Source: the human T2T-CHM13v2.0 reference genome, Homo sapiens
Assembly: GCF_009914755.1 (NCBI RefSeq)
Contig: NC_060928.1
Direction: 5' to 3' (one strand)
Length of the DNA stretch: 64,000 bases
Under the pieces are notes generated by a model. That model did no database searches. It was not told where the DNA came from and saw nothing but the letters and a program-made list of their open reading frames with translations. Every line of letters starts with the position of its first letter. Position 1 is the first letter of the stretch. The translations under genes were made by a program, and so were the position numbers. Of this stretch, positions 52,327-64,000 are shown piece after piece.

Positions 52327-55300
52327 TCTCAGTGGAAATACCGACCCACACGTAGGGGTGCACACACACACGCACACACACAGACACACACATAACTACA
52401 CCCAGAAGCGCGCACGCAAACACACACACACCCACACAAACACGAACACCGTCAATCCTACATAAACTAATGAGGAGCCCAAGTTTCTATCTCTACAACA
52501 GGGACAACTGGATAGTGATGGCTACATCTCAGGATTAGCCCGCATATGGGAAACATCAAGTTTTGGGGTCGTGAGTCTTCCGAACCTCTGGTGGGACTGT
52601 CTGAGTGTTTGTGTTCATGATAGGCGACATTCAGTGTGTATTTCTGAATATGACCTACCGACGTGTAGGTTTGCGTGTGAGGTAATTGCAGGGGACTCGG
52701 TTTCGTATTTTCTCTTGGGGTGTGTTTCATTCGTCAGTTGTTGGTCGGCATGAGAAGGTGAAATGTGGCTCATGTGGGACATCCGTGGATCATTCTCGCC
52801 ACCTTGAATAGTGGAAACTGGAATGCATTTGGAAGAGAAGAACGGTGCTCTTCTTTCTTCCCCGGGCTCGCCGTTTTTACACTGGTTCCTGAATGGACCT
52901 CAGGCGCCCTGGGACTTGTGCTCTTGCTGGAACCCACATAACGCCGGAAGCGGACAGACCGACTTGCCTGTTTCACGGTGCCCGCTTCCCATGAGTCGAA
53001 ACGGAAAATTTTCCCACGGGCATGTAAGTCATCTGGAAGTAAGCTGTATTGATAATAAAGGAAAGCAAACACAGGAGTGTGTGTATTCAACTGAAATAAA
53101 TTCAGAAAGCCCTGAAATCAATCTCACTGGGTGTGTTTAAAAATGGCATTTGGGGAATTTCTGGGTCATTTGTCCAGCTGCGAAAGCTGCATCTCTGAAG
53201 CACAGTCCCTGTCCCGCAGTGAGACTTATTTATCCGACGTGGTGTTTCCGTGGAAATGATTGTGGGAAATGGCCCCTTCCTTTTCTCTATTTGCTGATTA
53301 GACTTCATGGTCCCTTTCTCGTCAGGTACAGTGATCAAAGTTGACCAACCCCAGAGGAAAGCTGCCCAGGGCACAACTCAGGGCTCCGTAGAACCACAGA
53401 ATCTTGGGCGCAACCCTGCTCAAGCACCCAAATGTGCATACGAACAGGGTCTCCGTGTGACGTGTGTGAAAACTACAGTGTGATGAGCATGACTGGCAGA
53501 CAGCTTATCGATTGGGCTCCCCTCAAAATCGGTTATGAGCATTCAAGCACACCGATGCCCAGGTCCCGGCTGCAGGAATAAGACCCTCCAGGGTCTTGTG
53601 TGAAGCCTCGGCATCTGCATTGCTCATGCTTCTGGGGATCATTCTCCTGAAAATGGTGGCTCCTTTCTCCCTGTGGAGCATCTTTCTAAGCAGTGCTCTT
53701 TTCTTCCCCCAGGACACTTTACATCCGGCACAGGAAGCCTTCTGATGGAGCACACCTGGCCCATGAAAAGACAAGGGAAAGAAACGGGGCCAAAGGTCAC
53801 AGTCCTCTCATCCCATCATCCTCCTTAAAATCATCCTAATTTCATGGGCCCTGAAGCCAGGGCTGTTTCTTTACACCTAGAGGCCTTGGCGCCGGGCCTC
53901 AATTCCGCCCTGTTCCTTACCGTCTAAGACATGTTGGGAAAATCCCTAGAGCCAGGATCTTCATTCCCGCTAAGCCAGACAGCCGGAAGACACACCCAAA
54001 TTCTGTCCCTCTTACTTCAGGGAACATGTCCACTTTCGGCAGCATTACAATTTTGGCACCAAATGTGCTAACTGCAATTCCACCATACAATGCGTAACTG
54101 GAAATGGAGGCAACATCTCCGATCCTGAACGATCGATGCGAGAATCCAGGATATGCACGGCTTATTTTGGCCTTTTCCCACTGAAACAAGGGCCAGTATT
54201 AAAAATGGCACGCTATCCTCTGTTTCACTCCCTGCTTTTAAACGTCTCCGATGTTTCTCCCTGAGACAGGGCCTCACTTCCGTCAGCCGGGCTTTTCTAC
54301 GGTATAATTTTCCTTGTTTGCTTTTGTCCAAATTAGAACTTTTTATTTCATCTCTAGGAAACGTTGATCCATTATCACATACGTATGGAAATATTATCAC
54401 ACATGCTGTGAGATACGTTGTTTTTACTTTCATCAATTCCTTAATAAACAAAAGGTTATAGCTGGGATACCTTCTGAGTTCTCAAGTTTTTTGTTTCGTG
54501 TTTTCTTAAACTGCCGTCGCACGTCCGAAACCGCTCACTATGCAGTGTCATGACCGTCTCTCTTTTCTGGCAAACATAAATTTGGGGATTGTCATCAATT
54601 AGTCTCTCGGGGATTGCATGATTTCCCCAAAGGCTTTCACAGTCTACTTTGTGCACTGAGTATCTCTTCAAACTTCAGTGCATGTTTCTACCATTTGATG
54701 CTTTCTTATTTGGCAATCTAGCTTCCACAAGAGCATTTCATGCAAAGACTTGTCTTGTTCTCCACTGGCAGGTAATTTCACTCGGACAGAGAATCAATAG
54801 GCTCAACGTGGAAAGGTTATCGCTGGAAGGTCTGTTTGATTCCACGGATCTCTCCTTTCTCACTAGGGAAGAAAATACGCTGTGCTAAATACTATACTTC
54901 ATTGACTATTCTCAGGTCAGAAAGCGCACTTTCGACTTCTTGTCCTTCCGTCGCTGAGAGGATGATGGCAGCTGCCAAAAGTACCTACTTGGAGGTTCAT
55001 CCCAGCACAAACACACACACACACACGCCCCCCCCCACACACACAAACACACTCACACACACACACGCACACGGTTTCCTAGGTAAAGATTTCTTCCCTG
55101 CCATTGCTTTACCTAAAATAAGGCAACTGTGAGGCCACTGTCCCAACCCGGTTACACTCCTATTATATGTGCCTATCATCCTGAGGAGTAATTTGATTTA
55201 GGTGTTCTGGAAGTCATGCTGTGGGCTTTGTCTGTTGAATTCCCAGCGATGCCAGGGGACACACCCTGTGACTCCTTCCTGAATTGAGTGCTGATATTTG

Positions 55301-55477
55301 ATTGGCTTATCGCGCACCTGATGAGTGGGTGGGGTGTTCGCGGTTGGTGGGGGTGACTTACAGAAGGGCTGATGCGGCCAGAGAGCTCGTCATTTGAAGA
55401 CTCTCTCGGAAGGGATAGCGTCTTTCTGCAACCTGCGGTCCCAGCAGACAAACCTTGTGATCCTCGTTCCAGTCGAC

Positions 55478-57070
55478 ATGGAGGACGACTCACTCTACTT
55501 GGGAGGTGAGTGGCAGTTCAACCACTTTTCAAAACTCACATCTTCTCGGCCCGATGCAGCTTTTGCTGAAATCCAGCGGACTTCTCTCCCTGAGAAGTCA
55601 CCACTCTCATGTGAGACCCGTGTCGACCTCTGTGATGATTTGGCTCCTGTGGCAAGACAGCTTGCTCCCAGGGAGAAGCTTCCTCTGAGTAGCAGGAGAC
55701 CTGCTGCGGTGGGGGCTGGGCTCCAGAATATGGGAAATACCTGCTACGTGAACGCTTCCTTGCAGTGCCTGACATACACACCGCCCCTTGCCAACTACAT
55801 GCTGTCCCGGGAGCACTCTCAAACGTGTCATCGTCACAAGGGCTGCATGCTCTGTACTATGCAAGCTCACATCACACGGGCCCTCCACAATCCTGGCCAC
55901 GTCATCCAGCCCTCACAGGCATTGGCTGCTGGCTTCCATAGAGGCAAGCAGGAAGATGCCCATGAATTTCTCATGTTCACTGTGGATGCCATGAAAAAGG
56001 CATGCCTTCCCGGGCACAAGCAGGTGGATCATCACTCTAAGGACACCACCCTCATCCACCAAATATTTGGAGGCTACTGGAGATCTCAAATCAAGTGTCT
56101 CCACTGCCACGGCATTTCAGACACTTTTGACCCTTACCTGGACATCGCCCTGGATATCCAGGCAGCTCAGAGTGTCCAGCAAGCTTTGGAACAGTTGGTG
56201 AAGCCCGAAGAACTCAATGGAGAGAATGCCTATCATTGTGGTGTTTGTCTCCAGAGGGCGCCGGCCTCCAAGACGTTAACTTTACACACCTCTGCCAAGG
56301 TCCTCATCCTTGTATTGAAGAGATTCTCCGATGTCACAGGCAACAAGATTGCCAAGAATGTGCAATATCCTGAGTGCCTTGACATGCAGCCATACATGTC
56401 TCAGCTGAACACAGGACCTCTCGTCTATGTCCTCTATGCTGTGCTGGTCCACGCTGGGTGGAGTTGTCACAACGGACATTACTTCTCTTATGTCAAAGCT
56501 CAAGAAGGCCAGTGGTATAAAATGGATGATGCCGAGGTCACCGCCTCTAGCATCACTTCTGTCCTGAGTCAACAGGCCTACGTCCTCTTTTACATCCAGA
56601 AGAGTGAATGGGAAAGACACAGTGAGAGTGTGTCAAGAGGCAGGGAACCAAGAGCCCTTGGCGCAGAAGACACAGACAGGCGAGCAACGCAAGGAGAGCT
56701 CAAGAGAGACCACCCCTGCCTCCAGGCCCCCGAGTTGGACGAGCACTTGGTGGAAAGAGCCACTCAGGAAAGCACCTTAGACCACTGGAAATTCCTTCAA
56801 GAGCAAAACAAAACGAAGCCTGAGTTCAACGTCAAAAAAGTCGAAGGTACCCTGCCTCCCGACGTACTTGTGATTCATCAATCAAAATACAAGTGTGGGA
56901 TGAAGAACCATCATCCTGAACAGCAAAGCTCCCTGCTAAACCTCTCTTCGACGACCCCGACACATCAGGAGTCCATGAACACTGGCACACTCGCTTCCCT
57001 GCGAGGGAGGGCCAGGAGATCCAAAGGGAAGAACAAACACAGCAAGAGGGCTCTGCTTGTGTGCCAGTGA
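55478..57070 (+). CDS. USP17L: USP17L copy 12, 530 aa; Q310L, K453
   Basis: Intact ORF with catalytic triad. Confidence 0.97.
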
Positions 57071-60000
57071 TCTCAGTGGAAGTACCGACCCACACGTAGG
57101 GGTGCACACACACACGCACACACACAGACACACACATAACTACACCCAGAAGCGCTCACGCAAACACACACACACCCACACAAACACGAACACCGTCAAT
57201 CCTACATAAACTAATGAGGAGCCCAAGTTTCTATCTCTACAACAGGGACAACTGGATAGTGATGGCTACATCTCAGGATGAGCCCGCATATGGGAAACAT
57301 CAAGTTTTGGGGTCGTGAGTCTTCCGAACCTCTGGTGGGACTGTCTGAGTGTTTGTGTTCATGATAGGCGACATTCAGTGTGTATTTCTGAATATGACCT
57401 ACCGACGTGTAGGTTTGCGTGTGAGGTAATTGCAGGGGACTCGGTTTCGTATTTTCTCTTGGGGTGTGTTTCATTCGTCAGTTGTTGGTCGGCATGAGAA
57501 GGTGAAATGTGGCTCATGTGGGACATCCGTGGATCATTCTCGCCACCTTGAATAGTGGAAACTGGAATGCATTTGGAAGAGAAGAACGGTGCTCTTCTTT
57601 CTTCCCCGGGCTCGCCGTTTTTACACTGGTTCCTGAATGGACCTCAGGCGCCCTGGGACTTGTGCTCTTGCTGGAACCCACATAACGCCGGAAGCGGACA
57701 GACCGACTTGCCTGTTTCACGGTGCCCGCTTCCCATGAGTCGAAACGGAAAATTTTCCCACGGGCATGTAAGTCATCTGGAAGTAAGCTGTATTGATAAT
57801 AAAGGAAAGCAAACACAGGAGTGTGTGTATTCAACTGAAATAAATTCAGAAAGCCCTGAAATCAATCTCACTGGGTGTGTTTAAAAATGGCATTTGGGGA
57901 ATTTCTGGGTCATTTGTCCAGCTGCGAAAGCTGCATCTCTGAAGCACAGTCCCTGTCCCGCAGTGAGACTTATTTATCCGACGTGGTGTTTCCGTGGAAA
58001 TGATTGTGGGAAATGGCCCCTTCCTTTGCTCTATTTGCTGATTAGACTTCATGGTCCCTTTCTCGTCAGGTACAGTGATCAAAGTTGACCAACCCCAGAG
58101 GAAAGCTGCCCAGGGCACAACTCAGGGCTCCGTAGAACCACAGAATCTTGGGCGCAACCCTGCTCAAGCACCCAAATGTGCATACGAACAGGGTCTCCGT
58201 GTGACGTGTGTGAAAACTACAGTGTGATGAGCATGACTGGCAGACAGCTTATCGATTGGGCTCCCCTCAAAATCGGTTATGAGCATTCAAGCACACCGAT
58301 GCCCAGGTCCCGGCTGCAGGAATAAGACCCTCCAGGGTCTTGTGTGAAGCCTCGGCATCTGCATTGCTCATGCTTCTGGGGATCATTCTCCTGAAAATGG
58401 TGGCTCCTTTCTCCCTGTGGAGCATCTTTCTAAGCAGTGCTCTTTTCTTCCCCCAGGACACTTTACATCCGGCACAGGAAGCCTTCTGATGGAGCACACC
58501 TGGCCCATGAAAAGACAAGGGAAAGAAACGGGGCCAAAGGTCACAGTCCTCTCATCCCATCATCCTCCTTAAAATCATCCTAATTTCATGGGCCCTGAAG
58601 CCAGGGCTGTTTCTTTACACCTAGAGGCCTTGGCGCCGGGCCTCAATTCCGCCCTGTTCCTTACCGTCTAAGACATGTTGGGAAAATCCCTAGAGCCAGG
58701 ATCTTCATTCCCGCTAAGCCAGACAGCCGGAAGACACACCCAAATTCTGTCCCTCTTACTTCAGGGAACATGTCCACTTTCGGCAGCATTACAATTTTGG
58801 CACCAAATGTGCTAACTGCAATTCCACCATACAATGCGTAACTGGAAATGGAGGCAACATCTCCGATCCTGAACGATCGATGCGAGAATCCAGGATATGC
58901 ACGGCTTATTTTGGCCTTTTCCCACTGAAACAAGGGCCAGTATTAAAAATGGCACGCTATCCTCTGTTTCACTCCCTGCTTTTAAACGTCTCCGATGTTT
59001 CTCCCTGAGACAGGGCCTCACTTCCGTCAGCCGGGCTTTTCTACGGTATAATTTTCCTTGTTTGCTTTTGTCCAAATTAGAACTTTTTATTTCATCTCTA
59101 GGAAACGTTGATCCATTATCACATACGTATGGAAATATTATCACACATGCTGTGAGATACGTTGTTTTTATTTTCATCAATTCCTTAATAAACAAAAGGT
59201 TATAGCTGGGATACCTTCTGAGTTCTCAAGTTTTTTGTTTCGTGTTTTCTTAAACTGCCGTCGCACGTCCGAAACCGCTCACTATGCAGTGTCATGACCG
59301 TCTCTCTTTTCTGGCAAACATAAATTTGGGGATTGTCATCAATTAGTCTCTCGGGGATTGCATGATTTCCCCAAAGGCTTTCACAGTCTACTTTGTGCAC
59401 TGAGTATCTCTTCAAACTTCAGTGCATGTTTCTACCATTTGATGCTTTCTTATTTGGCAATCTAGCTTCCACAAGAGCATTTCATGCAAAGACTTGTCTT
59501 GTTCTCCACTGGCAGGTAATTTCACTCGGACAGAGAATCAATAGGCTCAACGTGGAAAGGTTATCGCTGGAAGGTCTGTTTGATTCCACGGATCTCTCCT
59601 TTCTCACTAGGGAAGAAAATACGCTGTGCTAAATACTATACTTCATTGACTATTCTCAGGTCAGAAAGCGCACTTTCGACTTCTTGTCCTTCCGTCGCTG
59701 AGAGGATGATGGCAGCTGCCAAAAGTACCTACTTGGAGGTTCATCCCAGCACAAACACACACACACACACGCCCCCCCACACACACACACAAACACACTC
59801 ACACACACACACGCACACGGTTTCCTAGGTAAAGATTTCTTCCCTGCCATTGCTTTACCTAAAATAAGGCAACTGTGAGGCCACTGTCCCAACCCGGTTA
59901 CACTCCTATTATATGTGCCTATCATCCTGAGGAGTAATTTGATTCAGGTGTTCTGGAAGTCATGCTGTGGGCTGTGTCTGTTGAATTCCCAGCGATGCCA

Positions 60001-60223
60001 GGGGACACACCCTGTGACTCCTTCCTGAATTGAGTGCTGATATTTGATTGGCTTATCGCGCACCTGATGAGTGGGTGGGGTGTTCGCGGTTGGTGGGGGT
60101 GACTTACAGAAGGGCTGATGCGGCCAGAGAGCTCGTCATTTGAAGACTCTCTCGGAAGGGATAGCGTCTTTCTGCAACCTGCGGTCCCAGCAGACAAACC
60201 TTGTGATCCTCGTTCCAGTCGAC

Positions 60224-61816
60224 ATGGAGGACGACTCACTCTACTTGGGAGGTGAGTGGCAGTTCAACCACTTTTCAAAACTCACATCTTCTCGGCCCGA
60301 TGCAGCTTTTGCTGAAATCCAGCGGACTTCTCTCCCTGAGAAGTCACCACTCTCATGTGAGACCCGTGTCGACCTCTGTGATGATTTGGCTCCTGTGGCA
60401 AGACAGCTTGCTCCCAGGGAGAAGCTTCCTCTGAGTAGCAGGAGACCTGCTGCGGTGGGGGCTGGGCTCCAGAATATGGGAAATACCTGCTACGTGAACG
60501 CTTCCTTGCAGTGCCTGACATACACACCGCCCCTTGCCAACTACATGCTGTCCCGGGAGCACTCTCAAACGTGTCATCGTCACAAGGGCTGCATGCTCTG
60601 TACTATGCAAGCTCACATCACACGGGCCCTCCACAATCCTGGCCACGTCATCCAGCCCTCACAGGCATTGGCTGCTGGCTTCCATAGAGGCAAGCAGGAA
60701 GATGCCCATGAATTTCTCATGTTCACTGTGGATGCCATGAAAAAGGCATGCCTTCCCGGGCACAAGCAGGTAGATCATCACTCTAAGGACACCACCCTCA
60801 TCCACCAAATATTTGGAGGCTACTGGAGATCTCAAATCAAGTGTCTCCACTGCCACGGCATTTCAGACACTTTTGACCCTTACCTGGACATCGCCCTGGA
60901 TATCCAGGCAGCTCAGAGTGTCCAGCAAGCTTTGGAACAGTTGGTGAAGCCCGAAGAACTCAATGGAGAGAATGCCTATCATTGTGGTGTTTGTCTCCAG
61001 AGGGCGCCGGCCTCCAAGACGTTAACTTTACACACCTCTGCCAAGGTCCTCATCCTTGTATTGAAGAGATTCTCCGATGTCACAGGCAACAAGATTGCCA
61101 AGAATGTGCAATATCCTGAGTGCCTTGACATGCAGCCATACATGTCTCAGCAGAACACAGGACCTCTCGTCTATGTCCTCTATGCTGTGCTGGTCCACGC
61201 TGGGTGGAGTTGTCACAACGGACATTACTTCTCTTATGTCAAAGCTCAAGAAGGCCAGTGGTATAAAATGGATGATGCCGAGGTCACCGCCTCTAGCATC
61301 ACTTCTGTCCTGAGTCAACAGGCCTACGTCCTCTTTTACATCCAGAAGAGTGAATGGGAAAGACACAGTGAGAGTGTGTCAAGAGGCAGGGAACCAAGAG
61401 CCCTTGGCGCAGAAGACACAGACAGGCGAGCAACGCAAGGAGAGCTCAAGAGAGACCACCCCTGCCTCCAGGCCCCCGAGTTGGACGAGCACTTGGTGGA
61501 AAGAGCCACTCAGGAAAGCACCTTAGACCACTGGAAATTCCTTCAAGAGCAAAACAAAACGAAGCCTGAGTTCAACGTCAGAAAAGTCGAAGGTACCCTG
61601 CCTCCCGACGTACTTGTGATTCATCAATCAAAATACAAGTGTGGGATGAAGAACCATCATCCTGAACAGCAAAGCTCCCTGCTAAACCTCTCTTCGACGA
61701 CCCCGACACATCAGGAGTCCATGAACACTGGCACACTCGCTTCCCTGCGAGGGAGGGCCAGGAGATCCAAAGGGAAGAACAAACACAGCAAGAGGGCTCT
61801 GCTTGTGTGCCAGTGA
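60224..61816 (+). CDS. USP17L: USP17L copy 13, 530 aa, consensus protein
   Basis: Intact ORF with catalytic triad. Confidence 0.97.
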   Translation: MEDDSLYLGGEWQFNHFSKLTSSRPDAAFAEIQRTSLPEKSPLSCETRVDLCDDLAPVARQLAPREKLPLSSRRPAAVGAGLQNMGNTCYVNASLQCLTYTPPLANYMLSREHSQTCHRHKGCMLCTMQAHITRALHNPGHVIQPSQALAAGFHRGKQEDAHEFLMFTVDAMKKACLPGHKQVDHHSKDTTLIHQIFGGYWRSQIKCLHCHGISDTFDPYLDIALDIQAAQSVQQALEQLVKPEELNGENAYHCGVCLQRAPASKTLTLHTSAKVLILVLKRFSDVTGNKIAKNVQYPECLDMQPYMSQQNTGPLVYVLYAVLVHAGWSCHNGHYFSYVKAQEGQWYKMDDAEVTASSITSVLSQQAYVLFYIQKSEWERHSESVSRGREPRALGAEDTDRRATQGELKRDHPCLQAPELDEHLVERATQESTLDHWKFLQEQNKTKPEFNVRKVEGTLPPDVLVIHQSKYKCGMKNHHPEQQSSLLNLSSTTPTHQESMNTGTLASLRGRARRSKGKNKHSKRALLVCQ

Positions 61817-64000
61817 TCTCAGTGGAAGTACCGACCCACACGTAGGGGTGCACACACACACGCACACACACAGACACACACATAACTACACCCAGAAGCG
61901 CGCACGTAAACACACACACACCCACACAAACACGAACACCGTCAATCCTACATAAACTAATGAGGAGCCCAAGTTTCTGTCTCTACAACAGGGACAACTG
62001 GATAGTGATGGCTACATCTCAGGATGAGCCCGCATATGGGAAACATCAAGTTTTGGGGTCGTGAGTCTTCCGAACCTCTGGAGGGACTGTCTGAGTGTTT
62101 GTGTTCATGATAGGCGACATTCAGTGTGTATTTCTGAATATGACCTACCGACGTGTAGGTTTGCGTGTGAGGTAATTGCAGGGGACTCGGTTTCGTATTT
62201 TCTCTTGGGGTGTGTTTCATTCGTCAGTTGTTGGTCGGCATGAGAAGGTGAAATGTGGCTCATGTGGGACATCCGTGGATCATTCTCGCCACCTTGAATA
62301 GTGGAAGCTGGAATGCATTTGGAAGAGAAGAACGGTGCTCTTCTTTCTTCCCCGGGCTCGCCGTTTTTACACTGGTTCCTGAATGGACCTCAGGCGCCCT
62401 GGGACTTGTGCTCTTGCTGGAACCCACATAACGCCGGAAGCGGACAGACCGACTTGCCTGTTTCACGGTGCCCGCTTCCCATGAGTCGAAACGGAAAATT
62501 TTCCCACGGGCATGTAAGTCATCTGGAAGTAAGCTGTATTGATAATAAAGGAAAGCAAACACAGGAGTGTGTGTATTCAACTGAAATAAATTCAGAAAGC
62601 CCTGAAATCAATCTCACTGGGTGTGTTTAAAAATGGCATTTGGGGAATTTCTGGGTCATTTGTCCAGCTGCGAAAGCTGCATCTCTGAAGCACAGTCCCT
62701 GTCCCGCAGTGAGACTTATTTATCCGACGTGGTGTTTCCGTGGAAATGATTGTGGGAAATGGCCCCTTCCTTTGCTCTATTTGCTGATTAGACTTCATGG
62801 TCCCTTTCTCGTCAGGTACAGTGATCAAAGTTGACCAACCCCAGAGGAAAGCTGCCCAGGGCACAACTCAGGGCTCCGTAGAACCACAGAATCTTGGGCG
62901 CAACCCTGCTCAAGCACCCAAATGTGCATACGAACAGGGTCTCCGTGTGACGTGTGTGAAAACTACAGTGTGATGAGCATGACTGGCAGACAGCTTATCG
63001 ATTGGGCTCCCCTCAAAATCGGTTATGAGCATTCAAGCACACCGATGCCCAGGTCCCGGCTGCAGGAATAAGACCCTCCAGGGTCTTGTGTGAAGCCTCG
63101 GCATCTGCATTGCTCATGCTTCTGGGGATCATTCTCCTGAAAATGGTGGCTCCTTTCTCCCTGTGGAGCATCTTTCTAAGCAGTGCTCTTTTCTTCCCCC
63201 AGGACACTTTACATCCGGCACAGGAAGCCTTCTGATGGAGCACACCTGGCCCATGAAAAGACAAGGGAAAGAAACGGGGCCAAAGGTCACAGTCCTCTCA
63301 TCCCATCATCCTCCTTAAAATCATCCTAATTTCATGGGCCCTGAAGCCAGGGCTGTTTCTTTACACCTAGAGGCCTTGGCGCCGGGCCTCAATTCCGCCC
63401 TGTTCCTTACCGTCTAAGACATGTTGGGAAAATCCCTAGAGCCAGGATCTTCATTCCCGCTAAGCCAGACAGCCGGAAGACACACCCAAATTCTGTCCCT
63501 CTTACTTCAGGGAACATGTCCACTTTCGGCAGCATTACAATTTTGGCACCAAATGTGCTAACTGCAATTCCACCATACAATGCGTAACTGGAAATGGAGG
63601 CAACATCTCCGATCCTGAACGATCGATGCGAGAATCCAGGATATGCACGGCTTATTTTGGCCTTTTCCCACTGAAACAAGGGCCAGTATTAAAAATGGCA
63701 CGCTATCCTCTGTTTCACTCCCTGCTTTTAAACGTCTCCGATGTTTCTCCCTGAGACAGGGCCTCACTTCCGTCAGCCGGGCTTTTCCACGGTATAATTT
63801 TCCTTGTTTGCTTTTGTCCAAATTAGAACTTTTTATTTCATCTCTAGGAAACGTTGATCCATTATCACATACGTATGGAAATATTATCACACATGCTGTG
63901 AGATACGTTGTTTTTATTTTCATCAATTCCTTAATAAACAAAAGGTTATAGCTGGGATACCTTCTGAGTTCTCAAGTTTTTTGTTTCGTGTTTTCTTAAA

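Larger units (their letters stand above)
1..64000 (+). repeat. RS447 megasatellite: tandem array of ~4,745-bp units (about 13.5 units), each with one USP17L gene
   Basis: The sequence recurs head-to-tail across the whole window. ATG-to-ATG spacings are 4746, 4746, 4744, 4744, 4742, 4745, 4744, 4745, 4746, 4744, 4744 and 4746 bp. A 4.7-kb unit with a 1,593-bp USP17 ORF is the established RS447 structure. Confidence 0.97.

Noticed and set aside
3288-61816. Assigning numbered paralog names (e.g. USP17L24-30) to individual copies
   Set aside because: The copies are too similar to assign without alignment to a reference annotation.
1-64000. CRISPR array, prokaryotic system, transposon array or assembly artefact
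   Set aside because: No repeat-spacer structure, transposase, RT, LTR or TIR was seen. Units carry distinct SNP combinations, which argues against artificial duplication, and the content matches a known human macrosatellite.

Overview
The whole window is about 13.5 head-to-tail copies of a 4.74-4.75 kb unit, each carrying an intronless USP17-like (DUB3/USP17L) deubiquitinase gene. This matches the human RS447 megasatellite, which lies mainly at 4p16.1 with related copies at 8p23; the locus call comes from recognition, not from a database search. The window holds the 3' end of one copy (1-135, called copy 0) and 13 complete gene units (copies 1-13). Eleven encode 530-aa ORFs. Copy 5 has an in-frame deletion of Gly255 in a zinc-ribbon CxxC motif, and copy 6 has two nonsense codons (Y7*, R402*). 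Units differ only by scattered SNPs, a CA/poly-C microsatellite and that 3-bp deletion. This is a known system and I found no convincingly new one. The points most worth checking are the two damaged copies, mosaic SNP sharing that hints at an 8-unit (~38 kb) higher-order duplication, a nested fold-back in the putative 3' UTR, a polymorphic antisense poly(A) signal, an overlapping uORF, and candidate DUX4, ZSCAN4, STAT and NF-kB sites.
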